Source: Alphaproteobacteria bacterium (GTDB lineage Bacteria > Pseudomonadota > Alphaproteobacteria > RF32 > CAG-239). Taken from it: a DNA stretch of 64,000 bases. The first letter of the stretch is position 1, and every line of letters starts with the position of its first letter. Shown here in pieces: positions 57,784-64,000 of this stretch. Both the position numbers and the translations under genes were made by a program. The stretch spans positions 21,945 through 85,944 of the forward strand of contig JBGUGE010000076.1 of NCBI GenBank assembly GCA_045111335.1, read 5' to 3'. Below the pieces are notes generated by a model that saw only the letters and a program-made list of their open reading frames with translations, was not told the origin of the DNA and ran no database searches.

Positions 57784-59355
57784 ATGTCGTTATTCAAATC
57801 GATTGCCACATTTGGCGGATTTACCCTCATCAGCCGCGTCACCGGCTTTGTGCGCGATATGATGTTGGCGTATTTTATGGGTGCGGGAGCTATGGCCGAT
57901 GCCTTTGTGGTGGCCTTTAAGTTGCCTAATTTGTTCCGCAGTTTGTTTGCCGAAGGGGCGTTTACCAGTGCGTTTGTGCCGCTGTTTTCACAAAAATTGG
58001 TAGGCGAAGGCAAAAAAAGAGCGGTGTTTTTTGCAGCGCAGGCAATGATGATTTTAACGGTAATTGTCGGCTTGTTGGTTATTTTGTTTGAGTTTCTGAT
58101 GCCGTATGTGGTAGCGGTTTTGGCACCCGGATTTCACAATGATGCCGGCAAAATCGAGTTGGCGGTACAACTTTGCCGCATTACGTTTCCGTTTTTGCTG
58201 TTGATTTCGATTGTGTCGTTTCAGGGCGGAATTTTGAATTCGTTTGAAAAATTTGCCGCGCCGGCGGTGGCTCCGGTTATTTTGAATTTAACCATGATTC
58301 TGTCGGCGTTTGTGTTGGTGCCGTTTATGCCGACTGCGGCACACGGATTCGCACTCGGTATTACGCTGGCCGGATTGTTGGAAATGCTGTGGCTCTACTT
58401 TAATTTGCGCCGCATCGGAGTCTCAATACATCCGTATCTGCGCCTGATTAAAATAATGCACAACCCGGAGATTAAAACGCTGTTTAAACGGATTGCCCCC
58501 GGAGTGGTGGGCGCCGGCATATATCAAATCAACATGGCAGTTGATACGATATTGGTTTCATTGGCCGGAACCGGTGCAATCTCGTGGCTGTATTATGCCA
58601 ATAGGTTACAACAGCTTCCGCTCGGTGTGGTTGGAGCGGCCATCAGCGTGGCGCTTCTGCCGATTCTTTCAAAGTATTTGAAGGCTGATGATTTACAAAA
58701 TGCCCGTACCACCCAAAATCAGGCGGTGGAATACGGCTTGCTGTTGTCGTTGCCGGCGGCGGTTTTGCTGATTGTTTTGGCGCATCCGGTGGTTACGTTT
58801 TTATTTCAACACGGGGCGTTTAAGGCAGTTGATGCCAAAATGACGGCGTATGCGGTGATTGCCTATTCCGTGGGATTACCGTGCTATGTTTTGGCCAAGG
58901 CACTGATGCCTAACTTTTTTGCCCGCGGCGATACGGTAACGCCGGTAAAATACAGTTTTTGGGTGTTTGTGACCAATTTTGTGTTTAATGTGATTTTAAT
59001 GCAATGGTTCGGGCATGTCGGCATAGCTATGGCCACGACGATTGCCGCTTTTGTGTCGCTCGGACAATATCTGGTCGGGCTGAAACGGCGCGGATATTGG
59101 CAATTTACACCGCCGCTGATAAAACAATCGATTAAAATTGCGGCGGCATCGGTGGTTATGGGAGCGGGGGCATGGTGTGCCAATGCCGCACTGATGCGTT
59201 TCTTTCCGTTGTATTTTAAGAGCAAATTATGCCTGTTTGCGGGTTTGGCCGGTGTCGGTATAATAGCGCTTGCAATTTTGTTGATAATGGTTAAAATACT
59301 ACATATTGTTGATTTTCGGCAGATTATAAACATGGCAAGGAGAAAACATGGCTAA
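57784..59355 (+). CDS. murJ: lipid II flippase MurJ (MviN)
   Basis: N-terminus SRVTGFVRDMMLAYFMGAG..ADAF.VAFKLPNLFR.LFAEGAF.SAFVP. About 14 TM segments. Confidence 0.9.
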   Translation: MSLFKSIATFGGFTLISRVTGFVRDMMLAYFMGAGAMADAFVVAFKLPNLFRSLFAEGAFTSAFVPLFSQKLVGEGKKRAVFFAAQAMMILTVIVGLLVILFEFLMPYVVAVLAPGFHNDAGKIELAVQLCRITFPFLLLISIVSFQGGILNSFEKFAAPAVAPVILNLTMILSAFVLVPFMPTAAHGFALGITLAGLLEMLWLYFNLRRIGVSIHPYLRLIKIMHNPEIKTLFKRIAPGVVGAGIYQINMAVDTILVSLAGTGAISWLYYANRLQQLPLGVVGAAISVALLPILSKYLKADDLQNARTTQNQAVEYGLLLSLPAAVLLIVLAHPVVTFLFQHGAFKAVDAKMTAYAVIAYSVGLPCYVLAKALMPNFFARGDTVTPVKYSFWVFVTNFVFNVILMQWFGHVGIAMATTIAAFVSLGQYLVGLKRRGYWQFTPPLIKQSIKIAAASVVMGAGAWCANAALMRFFPLYFKSKLCLFAGLAGVGIIALAILLIMVKILHIVDFRQIINMARRKHG

Positions 59356-60490
59356 AACCAAACAAAGCAAAGAAGCCCTGAAAACGCGTATGCCGAAGCG
59401 GACACTTAAGTTGCCCGAGGTGCTGTCCGCGGCTAAATCTCCGTTTTTGCAAGCAATAAGCCGAAAAGTATCGGCTTTATGGGATAAGGTCCGGAAGTTC
59501 GATTGGCATAAACAGCTTAATAAGGCGCATAAAATATATCATAAAATGCAGCCTAAATTGCAAAAAGTAAAAAAAATAACTTTGAAAGCCGTCAGCCATT
59601 GGAAGTTTTTGACGTTATTTTTACCGTCCTTTATATTTTTCTACTATTTTTTAGGCAGTATGATGGCCGAAAACATTGACGTTACGACGGAATATAATTT
59701 GGCCGAGAAGCACTTGCCGATGTTTGAAACGGCGGACAGTATGTCCTTTTTGCTTAAAAGAGAAGTTGACGACAAAATGTGGACCCCGAATCTGCCGTTT
59801 ATTTTTCCGGCTTCGATTTTGGATAATATGCCGAATTTTCAAGGAGGAATTGTTGCCGGAGTTAGGGGAATTGTACCGGTTATCAAGCATTTTGAGCAAA
59901 ATACCGATGCGCAAAAAGATGATATCAAAGCGGCCGCAAAGTTGTTGAGTTATCCGCCGAATGTGTGGCTGATGTCGCGCAAAGGAAAATTTAATTTGGC
60001 GCCGTCTTCCAATGCACAATATCGCAAGGCGGCGGCCGAGTTGCATAAATTTGCCAAAGACGGAGTATTCCTTCCTAAAGCCGAAGATTTAGATGCTTTG
60101 TTGCAAAAAATCAGCACCAATTTACAAAAAATCACGGTTCGCAACGAAGAACAACAGCGTGAGAAGTCGACGGATTGGATTGATACATCATCGGACGATT
60201 TGTTTTATTTCGGCAAGGGATACGCCTTTGCTCTGTGGCAAATTTCCAAAACATTGGGCGCGGATTTTCGGGAGATAATTTTGGAAAAGAATCTGTATGC
60301 GGAATGGACTTACTTGGTTAATTCACTTAAAAAAGCCGCCGAATTTGAACCGATGATTGTGCGTAACGGGGCGCCGGACAGTTTGTTTAAACCAAACCAT
60401 CTGATTATGCAAAATTTTTATCTGCAACGCGCAATTGTGGCGGCCCAAAAAATTCGTAACGGGGTGCTGAAAGAAAGTCATGCAGATTAA
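59348..60490 (+). CDS. hypothetical single-pass membrane protein (possibly DUF2333-like, from memory only)
   Basis: Basic N-terminus, one TM segment (FLTLFLPSFIFFYYFLG), and a ~280-aa extracytoplasmic domain. 8-nt overlap with murJ. Confidence 0.55.
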   Translation: MAKTKQSKEALKTRMPKRTLKLPEVLSAAKSPFLQAISRKVSALWDKVRKFDWHKQLNKAHKIYHKMQPKLQKVKKITLKAVSHWKFLTLFLPSFIFFYYFLGSMMAENIDVTTEYNLAEKHLPMFETADSMSFLLKREVDDKMWTPNLPFIFPASILDNMPNFQGGIVAGVRGIVPVIKHFEQNTDAQKDDIKAAAKLLSYPPNVWLMSRKGKFNLAPSSNAQYRKAAAELHKFAKDGVFLPKAEDLDALLQKISTNLQKITVRNEEQQREKSTDWIDTSSDDLFYFGKGYAFALWQISKTLGADFREIILEKNLYAEWTYLVNSLKKAAEFEPMIVRNGAPDSLFKPNHLIMQNFYLQRAIVAAQKIRNGVLKESHAD

Positions 60491-61007
60491 AATTGAAACA
60501 CTCGAAAAATTGCAAGTGATTAATTTTTATCCGGAGAAACCGCTGCTTATCGGCAATGTGTGCTATGTTGCGGATAAAACAAATCAGCCGCAAAACAGTT
60601 TATTTCAGAATATTTTGAATTTACGGGGTGTGTGCCGTTTGTTGGCAACCGCCGAGCTGTTGTCGATTCGGTATGAAAATACCGATATCGAAGAATTGAA
60701 AATGCTGATTATGGCTGAACTTGATGATTATTTTGCAACTGCTGAAAATTTGGTTGCCGAAACGGTATGCGCAACAGATAAAGAAAATGCCGAAGCAGTG
60801 GCCGATGCACTGATTCGCCCGACCTTAAATCGGGACGGCGGCGATATCGTAATACATTCGGTGCAAAACGGAATCATCGAATTGTCGTTTGCGGGGCATT
60901 GCGCCGGCTGTCCGTATGCGGAAAACACGCTGCAAAACGTGATAAGAAAGGCCTTTGTACGCTGCATGCCGCAAATCAGAGAGATTAAAATGAGGGAGGC
61001 AAAATAA
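60480..61007 (+). CDS. NifU/Nfu-type Fe-S cluster assembly protein (Nfu_N + NifU C-terminal domain)
   Basis: C-terminal LNRDGGDIVIHSVQNGIIELSFAGHCAGCP motif with CxxC. Confidence 0.75.
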   Translation: MQIKIETLEKLQVINFYPEKPLLIGNVCYVADKTNQPQNSLFQNILNLRGVCRLLATAELLSIRYENTDIEELKMLIMAELDDYFATAENLVAETVCATDKENAEAVADALIRPTLNRDGGDIVIHSVQNGIIELSFAGHCAGCPYAENTLQNVIRKAFVRCMPQIREIKMREAK

Positions 61008-61008
61008 A

Positions 61009-61905
61009 ATGAAACGGCTGCTGCTTATTTTGTTTTTCGCGATATTTACGATTGCCTCCGCTGCGGCCGAAATGGTTGCAGAACAAGATAAAGGCACGGT
61101 TGTTGTGAAAAAATCTTCAACCGATGATGTTATGAAATTCTTTCGCAAATATCCGTATAATTATGCCAAAACCGAAGCCGAAATTCCGCGCGTTTTTTTT
61201 CAGCGCTTGCCGTATGATTGGGATCGTGCGCCGGAAAGTGCTTCCAAAAATCGCAATTTTATTCGCATTTTGTTGCCGCTGGTATTGAAGGTAAATGAAG
61301 AGATTACGGAGGAGCGTAAAGAAGTATTTGAACTGTACAGAAAAGCCCGTCGCGCCATACCGTTGTCAGAAAAAGAAACAGAAAGAATTGAAGTATTGGC
61401 AACAAAATATGAGGCATTTACGCCAAACAAAAGGGACGGCCGCGCGCTGATCTTGTTAAAGCAGTTATTCAAAAAAGTTGATGCCGTGCCGCCGTCGATT
61501 ATGATTTCGACCGCGATAATTTACAGCAATTGGGGCACGTCACGCTTAGCCATCGAGAATAATTCACTGTATAAAGAGGAAGTGTGGTATACCAATCAGG
61601 GGATTAAACCGAAAGACGACCCCGATGCCGATTATCGATATCGCGTATTTTCAAATTTGGAAGATTGTATACGTGCACGGGCGTTGCGCTTGAATTCGCA
61701 CATCGATTATGATTATTTCCGTCATACCCGAATGTATCAGCAGCGGATGCAACAAGCGCCGAACGGTATTAATTTGGCGGCACAAATGATGCATGACAGT
61801 AATTTGCAAAATATTTCGGGTATTATCGATTATACCTTTTCGTTTTATAAGCTCGAAAAAACCGATCAACGGCCGAAGCTTGTCGATTTTAAGGGTAAAC
61901 TCTGA
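61009..61905 (+). CDS. Bax-like / glucosaminidase-domain protein, secreted
   Basis: Signal peptide, and a SNWGTSRLAIENNSLY segment resembling the ESGWGTSR...NNLFG glucosaminidase core. Confidence 0.5.
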   Translation: MKRLLLILFFAIFTIASAAAEMVAEQDKGTVVVKKSSTDDVMKFFRKYPYNYAKTEAEIPRVFFQRLPYDWDRAPESASKNRNFIRILLPLVLKVNEEITEERKEVFELYRKARRAIPLSEKETERIEVLATKYEAFTPNKRDGRALILLKQLFKKVDAVPPSIMISTAIIYSNWGTSRLAIENNSLYKEEVWYTNQGIKPKDDPDADYRYRVFSNLEDCIRARALRLNSHIDYDYFRHTRMYQQRMQQAPNGINLAAQMMHDSNLQNISGIIDYTFSFYKLEKTDQRPKLVDFKGKL

Positions 61906-61932
61906 AGCAAACCGAACACGGGAGAGTAAAAA

Positions 61933-63606
61933 ATGTTTATCAGTCTGAACAAAAAAATTTTATACAGCCTGTTTATTTTCACCATCTTGCTGATTGTTGT
62001 GTTTTTTGCCATTTTTATCAACTTTTACAGTCAGAAAATGCAAGACAGTCGTAATTCGGTTTACTTGCGTAACCAATACGTGGTGGGGTTGTTGATGGAT
62101 AACATTCAGCTGCAAAGTCTGATTTCCGAAATTGCCCAGCAAAGTCCCGAAATTTTGAAAAATAAGTATTACAACTACGATATCAGCGGCGAAAAAATCA
62201 ACATTACCCAGCGTGCGCTCACCAACGAACAAAGGCTCAACGAAGAATTTCGGCAAAATTATAACAACAATCAGGAGGCTATTGTTGTCGGTGCCAAAAT
62301 TTGCGTAATCGGTTTGGTGATAGTATTACTGCTGATTTTGTTGCTGATTGTGTTTTTGGATCGTTGGGTTATTCATCCGCTGACACGGCTCATTGATATC
62401 AGTAACGACGTTTCTTCCGGCGTTTTTTCGAGCCGCCTGCCGTTGCATGAAAATCGGTGGTTGCAAGATGAATTTGATATTCTGTATAAGACGTTCAATC
62501 AAATGTTGGAAAATATTGAAAACAATATTGAAGAAACCAAAATGCGGGAAAAGTTTTTACAACAGCTGATTGATGCCATTCCGGACGGGATTCGCGTGAT
62601 TGATTTGAACTATAATGTGGTGATGGCAAACGCGGCATTTTATCGCTTGCTTAAGCTTAAAAAATCGTGCGTTGGGCAAAAATGCCATTTGGCGTACGGC
62701 TATAAATGCGAAAGTTGTCCGTTAAGCCACTATAATTGTCCGATCAGAAACATTAAAGAAAATAATGATGAATTCCATGCCATTCACGAAGTCGGAAAAA
62801 TACCGCTGTACGTTAATGCGGCAAAATTGCAATTCGGGCGAAAGAATAATGAGTACTATATTATTGAGGCAATCCATGATTTAAGCCCGGATGTACGCTT
62901 TTCACACCAGCAAAAAGTATCTTCGCTCGCTTTCCTTTCCACTTCTTTAGCGCATGAAATGAAAAACAATTTGGGCGCCATCAGGCTTATTTTGGAAGGC
63001 ATTTTAAGCGATAAAGATGTACAAAAAAAGGTAGATGCCGACTATAAAAAATATCTGCAAATGGCACACAAACAGCTTGAGGAGGCAATACAAACTCCGG
63101 AACGATTGCTGAAACTGGCACAATATTCGGATAAAGATGTTGATTCGATAGATGTGGAAGCGGCCATAAAAGATATCATGTTGATGATTGATTATGAAGC
63201 TAAACGCCGGGGTGCCGAGTGCAAGCAGGAAGTAGAATCAGGTTTGACCTTCAGCGGTAACGAAGCGGACTTTAAGATGATGCTGCTGAATTTATCGCAA
63301 AACGCGCTCAAGGCCATGCCAGAAGGCGGTACCTTAACTTTTACCGGTCGCAAGGAAGGGGATAAAGTCGTGATATCCGTTAAGGATACGGGTATCGGAA
63401 TTGAGCCGGAAAAAATCAAGCGTATTTTTGAACCATTTTATTCCGCAAACAGCAAGGCAAAAAGTTCGGGTTTGGGACTTGCTATAGTGAACAGTTTAAT
63501 CATGAAAGCCGGCGGCAACATAACGGTAAAAAGCAAGGTCGGAAAAGGTACGGAATTTACCATTAAAATTCCGGTAAAGCCGAAAAAGCAACGCCGCAAC
63601 TCATAA
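61933..63606 (+). CDS. sensor histidine kinase (2 TM, HAMP, PAS-like with Cys cluster, HisKA, HATPase_c)
   Basis: H-box SLAHEMKNNLGAI, N-box LLNLSQNALKA, and G-boxes DTGIGI / GLGLAI. No response regulator is adjacent. Confidence 0.85.
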   Translation: MFISLNKKILYSLFIFTILLIVVFFAIFINFYSQKMQDSRNSVYLRNQYVVGLLMDNIQLQSLISEIAQQSPEILKNKYYNYDISGEKINITQRALTNEQRLNEEFRQNYNNNQEAIVVGAKICVIGLVIVLLLILLLIVFLDRWVIHPLTRLIDISNDVSSGVFSSRLPLHENRWLQDEFDILYKTFNQMLENIENNIEETKMREKFLQQLIDAIPDGIRVIDLNYNVVMANAAFYRLLKLKKSCVGQKCHLAYGYKCESCPLSHYNCPIRNIKENNDEFHAIHEVGKIPLYVNAAKLQFGRKNNEYYIIEAIHDLSPDVRFSHQQKVSSLAFLSTSLAHEMKNNLGAIRLILEGILSDKDVQKKVDADYKKYLQMAHKQLEEAIQTPERLLKLAQYSDKDVDSIDVEAAIKDIMLMIDYEAKRRGAECKQEVESGLTFSGNEADFKMMLLNLSQNALKAMPEGGTLTFTGRKEGDKVVISVKDTGIGIEPEKIKRIFEPFYSANSKAKSSGLGLAIVNSLIMKAGGNITVKSKVGKGTEFTIKIPVKPKKQRRNS

Positions 63607-64000
63607 ATTGCACGGTCCGCTGATATCATGATCAATCCGTTTTTCTTCAATTCCGTAAGGATCCTGATGTATAATAACTTGTGCATTCGGGTACATTTTT
63701 GTAATTTTGCGCTCGGCTTCATCGGCAATTTCGTGGGTGGCAAACAGGGATTTTTCCCCGTCAAATTCCAAATGAATCTCAAAGAACAATCTTGAACCGG
63801 AAATTCGCGAACGCAAGTCGTGGTAACCTAAAATCCCGTCAATTTTGCCGATTTCGCGCACAATAGCGGCCTTGATTTCGGCGTCAACTTCCTTGTCGGT
63901 GATTTCACCTAAGGCTTTGCCGGCAATTTTGAAGGCGACAATCAACAAATAGCAGGAAACCGCTATCGCTGCCAAAATATCAAACCATTCCCAATTCAGC
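63601..64000 (-). CDS. cation diffusion facilitator family transporter, C-terminal part; 5' end lies outside the window
   Basis: The ORF continues to the right edge. CDF C-terminal domain pattern (HDLRSR.SGSRLFFEIHLEFD...IHQDP). Confidence 0.75.
   Translation of the reverse strand, partial: LNWEWFDILAAIAVSCYLLIVAFKIAGKALGEITDKEVDAEIKAAIVREIGKIDGILGYHDLRSRISGSRLFFEIHLEFDGEKSLFATHEIADEAERKITKMYPNAQVIIHQDPYGIEEKRIDHDISGPCNL

Overview
The window looks like an origin-proximal chromosome segment of a moderately AT-rich alphaproteobacterium. The supporting gene orders are mnmG-rsmG-parA-parB with two perfect parS sites, atpI-B-E-F'-F, addB-addA, and rluD-rpoH. Genes are densely packed and often translationally coupled. 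Recognisable housekeeping genes include dnaE, hppA, an RND efflux triad, tgt, greA, fba, xerD, aroK, rph, rdgB, trxA, rplQ and murJ. I found no rRNA, tRNA, CRISPR array, transposase or IS element. Four regions are not ordinary. (1) A five-gene minus-strand operon (12.7-20.4 kb) ends in a VirD4/TraG/DotL-class type IV coupling ATPase. Its four partners are unrecognisable, and two of them look like paralogous membrane proteins. No other T4SS part is in the window. (2) An AT-rich, AGA/AGG-using insertion (52.6-56.0 kb) sits between addA and trxA. It carries three unknown ORFs, one with an HExxH motif, plus a promoter-to-terminator unit that looks like a ~330-nt structured RNA. (3) A single-gene island (36.8-38.3 kb) has GC3-rich codon usage and a near-consensus promoter. 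(4) Several odd couplings occur: dnaE with a membrane protein and a secreted ankyrin protein, and a degenerate MinD/FlhG-like ATPase with a J-domain/TM/SH3 protein. All calls rest on motifs read by eye and on remembered family signatures. No database search was run, so family names for divergent proteins are provisional.
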